DNA of 64,000 nt, taken from sequence record DRR723986_4205. One strand, 5' to 3'. A model generated the notes under the pieces. It searched no databases. It saw nothing but the letters and a program-made list of their open reading frames with translations, and had not been told where the DNA came from. Both the position numbers and the translations under genes were made by a program. Numbering within the stretch: position 1 is the stretch's first letter; each line of letters begins with the position of its first letter. Positions 29,044 to 39,393 of this stretch are shown piece by piece.

Positions 29044-29181
29044 GCTGGGGACGCCTCTTTTCGCCGGATCCCCGATTTTAGCGCGCCCCGGCCGTGAGAG
29101 TAAAACCGCGTCCCGGCCCTGCAATCTTCATCAAAATGCCGGTATGGTAGCTCGCCAGGCCGACGGGGACGCCACCGGACC

Positions 29182-29976
29182 ATGAACAGCCAACTGCAAA
29201 CGCACACCGCGCGACTCCGGGAATGCCGGGACAGCCTGCTGGCCAGCTATGACGCCGACACCCTGCACGACCTGCGGGTGGCCATCCGCCACCTGCGCAG
29301 CCTGCTGAAACCCTTGCCGGGTGCAGCACCTGCAAGGCAGCGTAAGCACTGGGCCAAGGTTGCCGATGCGACCAATGATGCCCGAGACTGGGACGTGTTC
29401 GGTACCTGCCTGAGCAACCGGCTCGACAGCGCCGCACTGGCGGCAGTGCGTCCACACCTGGATCAGCGCAGGGACGCCGCCCGGGCGCAGGCACTGGCCA
29501 TACTCGCGTCCCGGCAATGGGATAAAACCCTGGCCTCCTGGCAGGACTACCTGGAGAGCGCGCCAGATGAACAGCCGGACTCGATAGACCCGAGGCCGCT
29601 GGGTAAGGTCGAGCATCGGCTGGCAAAGACGGGGCGCAGGGCACTGCGCAGTGACTCGCCCGAGGACTGGCACAAGCTGCGAATCGCGGTGAAAGACCTG
29701 CGCTACACGCTGGAGGCCCGCCGCGACGCCGGCAGCAGCAAGCCCCTGTTAGGCGAGCGCATCGACTGGTGCAAGGCGCTGCAGGATGCACTGGGAGACT
29801 GGCACGATTGCGTGGTCCAGCGCGAACTACTGGAACAGCTGCGCACAGACAGCCGTGCAGCAGGGGATGCAACATCCACCGGCTTCATCGACGACATGCT
29901 CGCCTGGGTCAACGCGCACCGCGAGGGTTGCCTGCTGCGCGCAGGCGACCTGCTCGGCAGCGCCGCCGCGCCTTGA
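29182..29976 (+). CDS. CHAD domain protein
   Basis: LHDLRVAIRHLRS, RDWDV, WHKLRIAVKDLRY, LQDALGDWHD. Confidence 0.88.
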   Translation: MNSQLQTHTARLRECRDSLLASYDADTLHDLRVAIRHLRSLLKPLPGAAPARQRKHWAKVADATNDARDWDVFGTCLSNRLDSAALAAVRPHLDQRRDAARAQALAILASRQWDKTLASWQDYLESAPDEQPDSIDPRPLGKVEHRLAKTGRRALRSDSPEDWHKLRIAVKDLRYTLEARRDAGSSKPLLGERIDWCKALQDALGDWHDCVVQRELLEQLRTDSRAAGDATSTGFIDDMLAWVNAHREGCLLRAGDLLGSAAAP

Positions 29977-29992
29977 CACCCGCTAGCCCGAC

Positions 29993-30745
29993 CTAGCCCA
30001 GGAGGGCCTGACCTCCGTCGAGAGCGATGCTCTGGCCATTGACATAGGCACTGGCGTCACTACACAGCATGGCGACAAAGCGGCCAATGTCTTCTTCACA
30101 GTCCCCTACCCGGCGCTGCGGGATCGAGCGGATGAAGGCCTCCGCTTCCTCGGGATTATTCTCGATCCACCAGGCAAGCCCCGGGGACTTGGCGTGGGGC
30201 AGGATGACGTTGGTGCGGATGCCATCAGGACCCCACTCACAGGCGGCGGCCCGGGTCAGGGAGCGAATGGCCTCCTTGGTCGCAGCATAAGCACCGTAAC
30301 CCGACATATCCCACCGCTTTCCGGCAGAACTGGCGAGATTGATGATGCAGCCATCCCCCTTGAGATGGGGATAGCACAGTTTCATCAGGCGGAAAGTCGC
30401 CAGGGGGCCGGACTCCCAGCCCCGGGTGAAACTCTCGTCATCGACCTGGGCCAGGGTGCCCAGCGGCACTTCCTGGGCATTGTTGACCAGGATCTGCAGG
30501 CCACCGAAATGCTCGACCACGGCATCGACGCAGGCCGCCAGGGCGTCAGCGTCCTTGACATCGCAGACCAGGGGCAATGCCTGGCCACCGGCCTCGGCAA
30601 TCATGGCGCAGCTTGCTTCAACCTTGGACAGGGTTCTGCCGGTAACGGCTACGCCGGCGCCTTCCTTCGCCAGTGCCAGCGCAATGCCCTGGCCAACACC
30701 CTGGCCAGCGCCGGTAACCAGTGCTGTTTTTCCAGTCAAATTCAT
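29993..30745 (-). CDS. SDR family oxidoreductase
   Basis: TGAGQGVG, LVNNA, YAATK. Confidence 0.9.
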   Translation of the reverse strand: MNLTGKTALVTGAGQGVGQGIALALAKEGAGVAVTGRTLSKVEASCAMIAEAGGQALPLVCDVKDADALAACVDAVVEHFGGLQILVNNAQEVPLGTLAQVDDESFTRGWESGPLATFRLMKLCYPHLKGDGCIINLASSAGKRWDMSGYGAYAATKEAIRSLTRAAACEWGPDGIRTNVILPHAKSPGLAWWIENNPEEAEAFIRSIPQRRVGDCEEDIGRFVAMLCSDASAYVNGQSIALDGGQALLG

Positions 30746-30919
30746 TGCAGGTCTCCTCAGTCCACATACCAGCCGCCAGTGTGCGCATCCTCGCGGGAAC
30801 AGCCAACTCGCAGCGACCAATAATATTGACCACGCGGCTTTTTGTCTGCTGGAACGTTGTGTTCTGCGCTTGCTGGCTTACAGTGGCTGCTCGCAAACAC
30901 TAATGGGAGAGTCCAGGCT

Positions 30920-31678
30920 ATGGGATTACTAGAAGGTAAAGTCGGCGTGGTAACTGGCGCAGGCCAGGGCATCGGGCGGGCGATCGCCCAGACCTATGCT
31001 CGCGAGGGTGCGCGGGTCATGGTGGCGGATTTCAACGAGGCAGCCGGTCAGGAAACCGTCGAACTTATCCGCGCTGCGGGCGGTGTGGCGAGTTTCCGCC
31101 TGGGAGATGTGAGCAAGGAGGACTCGGTCAGGGAAATGATCGAGGCCACCGTGGCCGAATACGGCGCGCTCAACATTGCCTGCAACAGCGCTGCCATGAG
31201 CCGCGGTTCCGGCCCGATACATGAGTACGAACGGGGCGTGTTCGAGCAAACCCTCGAGATGTGCCTGACCAACACCTGGCTGTGCATGAAGTACGAGATA
31301 CCGGCCATGCTCGCCGCCGGTGGCGGCGCCATCGTCAACATATCATCCAATGCCTCCCTCCGAGGTCAGGCCTACAACACGGCCTATGCCGCTGCCAAGG
31401 GCGGCGTCAACATCCTGACCCGCAGCTCCGCAGCCGAGTACGGTGCCCAGGGCATCCGAATCAATGCAGTCTCACCGGGTGTCATCCGCACCCCGGGCGT
31501 GGAAAAGTACTTCGAAGAACAGCCCAAGATAGCTGAAGGCCTGAAAAAAGCCGCCGTCATGAACCGACTTGGCGAACCCGAGGAGATCGCCGAGGCGGTA
31601 GCGTTCCTGTCCAGTGACCGCGCCTCCTTCATCACTGGCCAGATCCTGTCAGTAGACGGCGGCGGCGCCGTGCGCTGA
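30920..31678 (+). CDS. SDR family oxidoreductase
   Basis: TGAGQGIG, YAAAK, RINAVSPG, ITGQILSVDGG. Confidence 0.9.
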   Translation: MGLLEGKVGVVTGAGQGIGRAIAQTYAREGARVMVADFNEAAGQETVELIRAAGGVASFRLGDVSKEDSVREMIEATVAEYGALNIACNSAAMSRGSGPIHEYERGVFEQTLEMCLTNTWLCMKYEIPAMLAAGGGAIVNISSNASLRGQAYNTAYAAAKGGVNILTRSSAAEYGAQGIRINAVSPGVIRTPGVEKYFEEQPKIAEGLKKAAVMNRLGEPEEIAEAVAFLSSDRASFITGQILSVDGGGAVR

Positions 31679-31704
31679 GGCCTTAACAGGCAAGGAGAGA
31701 GCTC

Positions 31705-32688
31705 GTGATCAACAGCAATCTGCGCCTCAATATGACGGGCACACCGGCAGATCCGGAACAGGCGGCGCAACGTTATTGCGCCGCGCTGGATATGGCCAGC
31801 TACGCAGACCGCATGGGCTTCGCCAGCGTCAACGTCGAAGAGCACCACTGTGCAGAGAACGGCTGGCTGCCCTCCCCGCTGACCATGGCGGCCGCGATCG
31901 CCGCCCGCACCGAACGCTGCTCCGTGGGGGTCATGGCGCTGCTGGTCTCCCTGTACGACCCCATTCGACTGGCGGAGGACCTGGCTGTGATCGACCTGGT
32001 GAGCCGCGGCCGTCTCAACTTCGTCGCCGGGATGGGTTATCGCGAGATCGAGTTCCACGCCATGGACAAACCCTTCGCCACCCGTGGCGCATGGATGGAC
32101 CACGTGCTCGATACCCTGCTGGCGGCCTGGTCCGACGGACCTTTCGAGTACCGGGGGCGGATGATCAACGTGACGCCGAAACCCTACCGCCGGCCCCACC
32201 CCATGTTCCTGGTAGGTGGCATGAGCAAACCCGCCGCGCGCCGCGCGGGCCGTCTCGGCCTGCCTTTCGCACCACCGATCGCAAGCCCGGAGTTGGAGGC
32301 GGTGTATTACGAGACCCTGGCGCAGCACGGTCATAGCGGCGGCTTCGTGTACTCGCCGCCGGCTGACTTCTCGGTCCTGTTTCTGGCTGAAGACCCGGAC
32401 GCGGCCTGGGCCAGGCTGGGCGACTACTTCCTGGTAGAAGCGATAGAGTACAGCGCCTGGCATGAGGAAGGCCTGCAACGGCCGCTGGAGTTCGCCAGCA
32501 GCAGCGTAGAGGCTTTACGGGAAGAGCGGCGCTACGAGATCATTACGCCAGAGGAGTGCCTGGCGAGGCATCGGGCGGATCCGGCATTTTTCGCGACCTT
32601 ACACCCATTGATCGGCGGCGTGCCCCTGGAGGACGCCTGGCGCTGCCTGGAACTGTATGCCGAGAAGGTGCTGCCGCAGCTGGCGTGA
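31705..32688 (+). CDS. LLM-class (luciferase-like) flavin-dependent oxidoreductase
   Basis: EEHH, AAIAART, DPIRLAEDLAVIDLVSRGR, GYREIEF. Confidence 0.88.
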   Translation: MINSNLRLNMTGTPADPEQAAQRYCAALDMASYADRMGFASVNVEEHHCAENGWLPSPLTMAAAIAARTERCSVGVMALLVSLYDPIRLAEDLAVIDLVSRGRLNFVAGMGYREIEFHAMDKPFATRGAWMDHVLDTLLAAWSDGPFEYRGRMINVTPKPYRRPHPMFLVGGMSKPAARRAGRLGLPFAPPIASPELEAVYYETLAQHGHSGGFVYSPPADFSVLFLAEDPDAAWARLGDYFLVEAIEYSAWHEEGLQRPLEFASSSVEALREERRYEIITPEECLARHRADPAFFATLHPLIGGVPLEDAWRCLELYAEKVLPQLA

Positions 32689-32763
32689 TGCGGTAGCAGC
32701 GCTTGCAGCGCAATCGCGGGGCAGTGATAATTCCCCGCGTCCTACCACCGATGGAGTTACCCC

Positions 32764-33453
32764 TTGCGTACGCTGCCGCTTATTCTGATTTCCCTGTCCA
32801 CGCTTTACGGCTGCGCCAGCACAACCAGCACCGAGGATGCGACCGCTGCGCTGGAACGCACCCTGCCCTACCGCCAGTACGTCAGCTACCAGGACGTTAA
32901 ACGCTACCCGGGCGACGTTGTCTGCGGGCAGTACCGGTCCCCGGACCCCTGGGGTGAAAATATGGAATACCGACCCTTCGCCGTGGTGGCGGGCACCCCC
33001 TACAGTAGCGCCAGTGATAAGGACATCGCCATTTTCTGCAGCCGTGATGCAAGCACAGCACTACAGGAGCAACTGGGGATCGGCCCACTGGATGACAGCA
33101 ACCCGGCCCACCTGAAAGTCTACGCCGACCTGCAATTGTTGGTGGCGGCACTGGAAGCCTTCGAGCAAGCCAACGGTCACTACCCATCCAGCAAGGACGG
33201 CCTGGCGATGCTGACTCCGGAAGGAGCGGAAGGCCAGCGCAAGGCGTACCTACCGGAACAGGGCTTCATCAGTGAGATACCCTCCGACCCCTGGGGCCGA
33301 GGCTACCGGTATTACAGTGAGCCGTTTGGCGGCGTCAAGGGATCCTTCAGGCTGTGGACCCTGGGTGCCGATGATGCGGAGGGCGGAACCGGGGAAAATG
33401 CCGACGTTCACCACGAGTACCTGAACTACCTGGACCACGTCAGCGGACTCTAG
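32764..33453 (+). CDS. Lipoprotein with C-terminal GspG-like (T2SS pseudopilin) domain
   Basis: Lipobox LYGC. C-terminal YPS..GL..L, IPSDPWGRGYRY and LWTLGADDAEGGTGENADV match the GspG C-terminal pattern. No prepilin GFTLIE motif. Confidence 0.7.
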   Translation: MRTLPLILISLSTLYGCASTTSTEDATAALERTLPYRQYVSYQDVKRYPGDVVCGQYRSPDPWGENMEYRPFAVVAGTPYSSASDKDIAIFCSRDASTALQEQLGIGPLDDSNPAHLKVYADLQLLVAALEAFEQANGHYPSSKDGLAMLTPEGAEGQRKAYLPEQGFISEIPSDPWGRGYRYYSEPFGGVKGSFRLWTLGADDAEGGTGENADVHHEYLNYLDHVSGL

Positions 33454-33489
33454 CGAAACCAGCTGGCTCCCGCGTCGAGAGCCGCCAAC

Positions 33490-34548
33490 TCAGGCAAGCG
33501 CTGGATAGCTGGTGTAACCCTCGGCGCCCGGCGTGTACAGGGTCCCCATATCAAAGCGGGCGAGCTGCGCACCGCTGCGAAAACGCGCAACCAGGTCAGG
33601 ATTAGCGATAAACGGCCTGCCATAGCTTACCGCGCTGAGTTGCTGCTGGCGCACGGCCTCATCGCCCTCGGCAAAACTGTAGCTCTCATTGCCAATCAGA
33701 CGGTCTGCGAAGAATCGTTGCCCCAGCGCCAGGTTATCCACCCGACCGGCCGGCATACGAATCACGTGCAGGTAGGCCAGATCCAGTTGGGCGGCCCGGC
33801 CCAGCAGCTCTTCGAAGGTCTGCTGCGGATCATCGTCCTGCAAATCGTTAAACGGGTTGTCGGGGCAGATGCGCATCCCCACCTTGCCGGCACCATCTAC
33901 CGAGGCCAGCGCCTGGAGCACGTCCAGCGGAAAGCGGACCCGGTTTTCGACAGAGCCGCCGTACTGGTCCTCGCGCTGATTACTGCCAGTGGACAGGAAC
34001 TGCGCAGGCAGATAGCCGCTGGTGCAATGTAATTCAACGCCGTCAAAACCGGCTTCAAAGGCGTTCACTGCCGCCTGCCGGTATTGGTCAATGACCTCAG
34101 CAATCTCGTCTATAGCCAGGGCCCGGGGCTGTTCCAGCGGCTGCATACCCGCCTGGTCCGTGTAGATTTCCCCGCGGGCTCGAATAGCCGACGGCGCGAC
34201 CGTGGCAGCGTCCGCAGGTTTATTGTATGCACTGGCCACCCGCCCCACGTGCATCAGCTGGGCGACGATCGAGCCACCCTCTGCGTGCACCGCAGCAGTC
34301 ACCTTCCGCCAGCCTTCGATCTGCGCTGCGGAGTAGAGGCCGGGGGTACGGCAATAGCCGAGGCCGTCGGCACTGGGGGCGATGCCTTCTGAAATAATCA
34401 GTCCCGCCGAGGCGCGCTGGCGGTAGTACTCGACCATCAGGTCGCTGGGCACCGCCTCGGCGCCTGCCCGGCTGCGCGTCATCGGCGCCATGACAATGCG
34501 ATTACCCAGGCGCAGGTCGCCCAGTTGTAACGGTGAGAACAGATCCAT
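33490..34548 (-). CDS. Old Yellow Enzyme family alkene reductase (NemA-like)
   Basis: NRIVMAPMTRSRA, YYRQRASAGLI, QLMHVGR, AGFDGVELH..GYL, YGGSVENR, GRPFIANPDL. Confidence 0.9.
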   Translation of the reverse strand: MDLFSPLQLGDLRLGNRIVMAPMTRSRAGAEAVPSDLMVEYYRQRASAGLIISEGIAPSADGLGYCRTPGLYSAAQIEGWRKVTAAVHAEGGSIVAQLMHVGRVASAYNKPADAATVAPSAIRARGEIYTDQAGMQPLEQPRALAIDEIAEVIDQYRQAAVNAFEAGFDGVELHCTSGYLPAQFLSTGSNQREDQYGGSVENRVRFPLDVLQALASVDGAGKVGMRICPDNPFNDLQDDDPQQTFEELLGRAAQLDLAYLHVIRMPAGRVDNLALGQRFFADRLIGNESYSFAEGDEAVRQQQLSAVSYGRPFIANPDLVARFRSGAQLARFDMGTLYTPGAEGYTSYPALA

Positions 34549-35190
34549 TCAGCGCACCCGGATTTTCGGTTCCGCCGCATCGCGGCGCATGGTGTTGAGA
34601 AATTCCTCTAGCGGCGCGGGGGGCGCTACTTCAGGCTCGTCGGTGTCCGGGGGGTTGGCCCAGAACGACTCCCAGCTGGGCCACAGGGCGTGAAAAGCAC
34701 CCTCGTAGGTCTCCCGGTCCGGCCAGCGCATTTTATCCGCGCCCACCGGTGGTTTATTGATATCCGTCGCGTACCAGTAGCAGGGCAGGCGGCGGCGGAA
34801 ATACCAGCGGCCGTCAATACGCTCATAGTTGTCCCAGTACAGCATCTGCATGATCACCCACTCCACCGAGCCATCGGCGCAGGGGGTCTCGTGCTCATTC
34901 TTCGAGTACACCACACCATGGGCGTGGTCGGGATCGTCGAATTCGATAACGTGATTACCGATGTGATGGGAGGTGCCGGTGAACTGCAGGCGCAAGGTAT
35001 CGTCCAGCCAGCGCTTGAGGCTGGCACGGCCGGTTTTCTCCCGGCTGACCCGGATGTCCGCAGCGAACAGGTTTACGTGGGCATCGAGGTCGCGCATGTC
35101 CAGCGACAGGGAATACTTGGCCGCCAACTGGCGGATTTCGTCCAGCGATTCGAGACGATCGATGCGGGCTGCCAGGGATGCGTCCGTCAT
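34549..35190 (-). CDS. SnoaL-like / NTF2 family protein (LinA/BaiE-like fold)
   Basis: RIDRLESLDEIRQLAAKY..D, TSHHIGNHVI, YWDNYERIDGRWYF. Confidence 0.8.
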   Translation of the reverse strand: MTDASLAARIDRLESLDEIRQLAAKYSLSLDMRDLDAHVNLFAADIRVSREKTGRASLKRWLDDTLRLQFTGTSHHIGNHVIEFDDPDHAHGVVYSKNEHETPCADGSVEWVIMQMLYWDNYERIDGRWYFRRRLPCYWYATDINKPPVGADKMRWPDRETYEGAFHALWPSWESFWANPPDTDEPEVAPPAPLEEFLNTMRRDAAEPKIRVR

Positions 35191-35193
35191 AAC

Positions 35194-35967
35194 TCAGTCC
35201 CAGCTCGCCGTGCCGGTGACCAGCTCCACCGTACGACCACCGTCTACCACCAGTTCGGCGCCGGTGACATACGACGCCTCGTCACTGGCCAGGAACAGGA
35301 TCGCGTTGGCGCATTCCACCGGGTCACCGATACGACCGATGGGCACACTGCGCGCCGTGGCGGCCTGGGACTCCGCATCCGGCATCAGGCCCTCGGTCGG
35401 CGGCGTCAGGAAAACGCCGGGAATCACTGAATTGACCCGCACACCCTGTTTGCCCCACTCAATCGCGGCGTTACGGCTCAGGGCCAGCATGCCGGCCTTG
35501 GCGGCGCTATACCCGGCAGTGCCCACTGAGCCGAGCAAGCCGCACACCGAGGCCACATTGACCACCGCGCCGCGGTTGTCACGCAGTTGGGAAAACGCCT
35601 CGCGCATCAGGAACATGGCCCCGTCCAGGGACACGGAAAAATTCTGGCGCCAGGCCCGGGTGTCATGGGAGGCGAGCATACCCGGCACCATCAGCACCGC
35701 GTTGTTGACGATAATATCGATGCGGCCATAGGCTGCCACCGTGCTCGCCACCAGGGCGCGCACCGACTCCTCGTCGCTGATATCGGTGACGCAGGCCATC
35801 GCTGTACCGCCAGCCGCCTCAATCTCGTCCACCACCACCTGCATTTGCTCCAGGCGGCGGGCCGCCAGTACCACCTGGGCACCCTCCTGCGCAAAGCGGC
35901 GGGCAGTTGCCGCGCCAATGCCCTGGCTGGCACCGGTAATAATGGCAACCTTGCTTGCAAGTCGCAT
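35194..35967 (-). CDS. SDR family oxidoreductase
   Basis: TGASQGIG, IVNNA, YSAAK, YVTGAELVVDGG. Confidence 0.9.
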   Translation of the reverse strand: MRLASKVAIITGASQGIGAATARRFAQEGAQVVLAARRLEQMQVVVDEIEAAGGTAMACVTDISDEESVRALVASTVAAYGRIDIIVNNAVLMVPGMLASHDTRAWRQNFSVSLDGAMFLMREAFSQLRDNRGAVVNVASVCGLLGSVGTAGYSAAKAGMLALSRNAAIEWGKQGVRVNSVIPGVFLTPPTEGLMPDAESQAATARSVPIGRIGDPVECANAILFLASDEASYVTGAELVVDGGRTVELVTGTASWD

Positions 35968-36001
35968 GGGAAGACCCTCTTGTTAGTTAGCGATGGTGAT
36001 T

Positions 36002-36886
36002 CTAGGCTGAAAACGGCAGGATCACATGCTCTGCAAATTTTTGCAAAGCAGCGACTTTGTACTCACAGTTCAGGTCAGGTGACGTCGGATTCCAGGGTGT
36101 GACACAGATATCCGTCACTCCCAGGTCAGCGAGGCGCCGGAAATCGTCCGGCGAGCGGGCGTACATATCGAAGGCGTGGATTTCAAAGCCGGGCTTATCC
36201 AGCGTGCCACACTCAGCACGCAGCTCATTGAGCGTGGCAATCATCCCCGCCAGGGATTCATAGTCGCTATTGGCGGAGATCCAGCCGTCACCGACTCGCG
36301 CCGCACGGCGCAGCGCCGGGCGGGAGTGCCCCCCAACCAGAATAGGAACCGGCGCAGACGGCACCGGCGCCAGCTTGAGGCGACCAAAATCGTAGTGCTC
36401 GGAATGGTGCTCGAAATAGGTCCCCGACATCGCGCCGCGGATGATCTCGATACATTCGTCCATCAGCGCGCCACGGCTCTCGAACTCCACCCCGTTGTAG
36501 GTGAAGTCTTCCTTCCACGGGCTCAGCCCGGCACCGAGCGCGATACGGTTGCCGCTGATCACCGCGAGGGACGTCAGGGCTTTAGCCAACACCAGGGGTT
36601 GGCGAACCGGCACTTTCATGACCGCCGGGTAAAAGCGCAGCCGCGAGGTAATCGCGACCAGGCTAGCCATGGCCACCAGGGGATCGAGCACCGGCACCCC
36701 ATCAAGGGCCTGCCGTACTGCCTCGGTTGCCATGTACGGGTAATCGGATTCAGTAACTTCGGGATAGAACAGGCTATCCGGGATAGCCATCCCGGACCAG
36801 CCACTGTCTTCTGCAGCCCGGGCAATGGCGGGGTAATCTTCTACCCCGCCCAGCCCGGTCATCAGGTTGAAGCGCACAGGCGCCAT
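36002..36886 (-). CDS. LLM-class oxidoreductase (resembles the putative F420-dependent subfamily)
   Basis: PDSLFYP, LDPLVAM, RQPLVLAK, GAGLSPWKEDF, PILVGGHS..ALRRAARVGDGW. Confidence 0.8.
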   Translation of the reverse strand: MAPVRFNLMTGLGGVEDYPAIARAAEDSGWSGMAIPDSLFYPEVTESDYPYMATEAVRQALDGVPVLDPLVAMASLVAITSRLRFYPAVMKVPVRQPLVLAKALTSLAVISGNRIALGAGLSPWKEDFTYNGVEFESRGALMDECIEIIRGAMSGTYFEHHSEHYDFGRLKLAPVPSAPVPILVGGHSRPALRRAARVGDGWISANSDYESLAGMIATLNELRAECGTLDKPGFEIHAFDMYARSPDDFRRLADLGVTDICVTPWNPTSPDLNCEYKVAALQKFAEHVILPFSA

Positions 36887-36894
36887 GGTCTCGA

Positions 36895-39270
36895 TTAGAA
36901 CTGGTAGCCGACTGAAACCGCCCAGGTACGGGGCATGTTGTAGCCGGCAGTCACAAACGGTCCCACCACAAAGGTGTTGGTGACAACCCGCTTGTCCTCC
37001 AGGTTCTTGCCCTCAACGGCGAAGCGCCAGCGCTGGTCTGCGGTCGTGAAGGCCGCCAGTGCGTTCCAGATCGCGTGCTCTTCCTGCACCTGCAGCGCAG
37101 CAAAGTCCGAGTTGAGGTCGATCGGTGAGTTGGTGTACGACTGGGCCCGGTAGGACACGTCCGTGCCCAGGGTCACAAAGCCAGCGTTGGCAATGTCAAA
37201 GTCGTAGCCCACACGCGCCTGTACAGTCCACTCGGGTGAGAAGCCAATGGCGGTGCTGTCGGCCAGATCCTCGGTGCCGCTGGCGTACTTCTTCACGTCA
37301 GTGTCAAGGTAGCCGGCGTTAAAGCCGAGCACCAGGCCGCTAACCGGAGGCAACCAGGTGACTTCCAGTTCGACACCGCTGGTTTCCAGCTCACCCACGT
37401 TACCCACGGTTTCCGTCAGGCTGCCGCCGTCGAGCACGATGGTCGAGAGTTGCTTGTCGGTGTAGTCGTTGAGGAAGGCCTCGGCATTGAAGCGCAGGCT
37501 GCCGTCCAGCAATGTGCTCTTCAGGCCCAGGGTCCAGGTTTCCACAGTTTCTGGCTCAAAGGACGTCGCCACGCCGCCGGTCCGCTGGAATCCGCCGGAC
37601 TTGAAGCCCGAGGAGAAGCCGCCGTACAGCATCAGGTCATCGCTGGCAAACCAGGTGATACGGGCGCTGGGCGTGAACTCGTTCCACTCGTCGCTGGCAG
37701 TGGTGTCTTCAGGGAAGCTGATCTGGGCCAATTCCGAATTGAACGCCGGGGGCGCGAACGAGGAAGCCCAGTAGGCAAACAGCGGAGACTGCTGAGCCGC
37801 TGCTTCCTGGCCCGGCGCGACAGAGACGATCGCCTGGGGCGGGAAGCCCGCGAGGCCCGCATACGCGAACAGGTCCTGGCTAACCGTGGCCCGGATGGTT
37901 TCGTCCTTCTCGTCGCGGGTATAACGGCCACCCAGCGAGAGCTGCCAGCTTTCAGACAGGTTCCAGTCGACGTTGGCATAGGCCGAGTAGGATGTGATGT
38001 CACGGTCGTCCTGGTAGGTATCTTTCACCTGGTTCAGGATGGCGCGCAGTCGGGGGTACTGATAGGTGATACCCGGGGACTCCTGGGTGCCATCAAGGTA
38101 GTAAACGCCCATCACCGCGTCCACCGACTCACCGGTGAAGTTGAGCTGGAACTCCTGGCTGAAGTCCTCATTGTCACGGTAGTTGGTGGTGGTGATGAAC
38201 TGCTGCTCGCTGCCGTCGAAGTCGAAAGGCTGCACGTTTTCCATGGTACGCAGCGCCGTTACCGACTTCAGGGTCCAGGCGTCGGACAGTTCCCAGTCCA
38301 CGGTCATCGCCACTGTGGTGGTCTCGATTTCGAACTCGTCAAAACCGTCAACAAACTCGGTAGACACCGTGTCGATGTTAGTCGGCAGGGAAGCGTCGTT
38401 GGGGGTGGATACCAGACCGGTACCCGGGCCGAGGAACAGGTTGGCGCCAGAGATAACGAAATCGATACCGCCCAATAGTGCCGGGTCAACCCCAACGCGA
38501 TTCGGTACCCGCGGGTCGGAACTGTCTTTCATGTAGTCTGCAGCCAGCTTGACGCTGATACTGTCGGTGGCCTTCCACAACAGGCTGCCGCGGAACGCCT
38601 GGACGTCAGATGACCAGAAGTCGCTGCCGTCGAGGGTGTTGGTCTGGATGCCATCGTGCTCCTTGTACAGTGCGCCGACGCTACCGTACAAGACGTTGTC
38701 AATCAGCGGGCCAGAGGCATTCGCCTTAACCTGAACCAGGTCGTATTCGCCCGCCTTGACCTCAACGTCCGCCTCAAACTCGTCACCAGGCGTCTTGGAG
38801 ATATACTTGATCGCACCACCGATCGTGTTGCGGCCGTACAGGTTGCCCTGCGGCCCCTTCAGGATCTCGATCCGCTCAACATCGTAGACTTCCAGCAGCG
38901 CGCCAGTGGTCCGGTTGAGGTACACATCGTCCATGTAGATACCGACACCCTGGTCGAAACCGGGGTCGTTGCCGATACCGCGCATGAATACCGACACCGC
39001 GCCCGCTACCAGGCCACCGGTGTCAGTCAGGGTGATGTTGGGGGTCATCCGTTCCAGGTCGAGAATATTTTCCACCTGGGCCTGCTGCAGTTGCTCTGCC
39101 CCGAAGGCGCTAACCGCCATGGGTACGCGCTGCAGACTTTCTTCCCGCTTACGGGCGGTGACCACGACTTCTTCCAGCATGGTCTGCTGGGCGATAGCCA
39201 GGTCGGTAACCCCAACGGCGGACGCTACAGCGGCTGCCAATACAAGATTTTTGCGGTTTTGCCTGAACAT
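36895..39270 (-). CDS. TonB-dependent receptor
   Basis: Signal peptide, LEEVVVTARKREESLQ, DVERIEILKGPQGNLYGRN, GFKSGGF, C-terminal PRTWAVSVGYQF. Confidence 0.95.
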   Translation of the reverse strand: MFRQNRKNLVLAAAVASAVGVTDLAIAQQTMLEEVVVTARKREESLQRVPMAVSAFGAEQLQQAQVENILDLERMTPNITLTDTGGLVAGAVSVFMRGIGNDPGFDQGVGIYMDDVYLNRTTGALLEVYDVERIEILKGPQGNLYGRNTIGGAIKYISKTPGDEFEADVEVKAGEYDLVQVKANASGPLIDNVLYGSVGALYKEHDGIQTNTLDGSDFWSSDVQAFRGSLLWKATDSISVKLAADYMKDSSDPRVPNRVGVDPALLGGIDFVISGANLFLGPGTGLVSTPNDASLPTNIDTVSTEFVDGFDEFEIETTTVAMTVDWELSDAWTLKSVTALRTMENVQPFDFDGSEQQFITTTNYRDNEDFSQEFQLNFTGESVDAVMGVYYLDGTQESPGITYQYPRLRAILNQVKDTYQDDRDITSYSAYANVDWNLSESWQLSLGGRYTRDEKDETIRATVSQDLFAYAGLAGFPPQAIVSVAPGQEAAAQQSPLFAYWASSFAPPAFNSELAQISFPEDTTASDEWNEFTPSARITWFASDDLMLYGGFSSGFKSGGFQRTGGVATSFEPETVETWTLGLKSTLLDGSLRFNAEAFLNDYTDKQLSTIVLDGGSLTETVGNVGELETSGVELEVTWLPPVSGLVLGFNAGYLDTDVKKYASGTEDLADSTAIGFSPEWTVQARVGYDFDIANAGFVTLGTDVSYRAQSYTNSPIDLNSDFAALQVQEEHAIWNALAAFTTADQRWRFAVEGKNLEDKRVVTNTFVVGPFVTAGYNMPRTWAVSVGYQF

Positions 39271-39393
39271 ACGATGACTCCCTTCCTGCGAATATTGTTA
39301 TTGCGGCGCATGAACTACGGCCACTCTGTCTATTTTGAACACTGCGCCGCAGCAAAGGCATAACGGCTAGCGTCAGTTTTATGAACATTTTCA

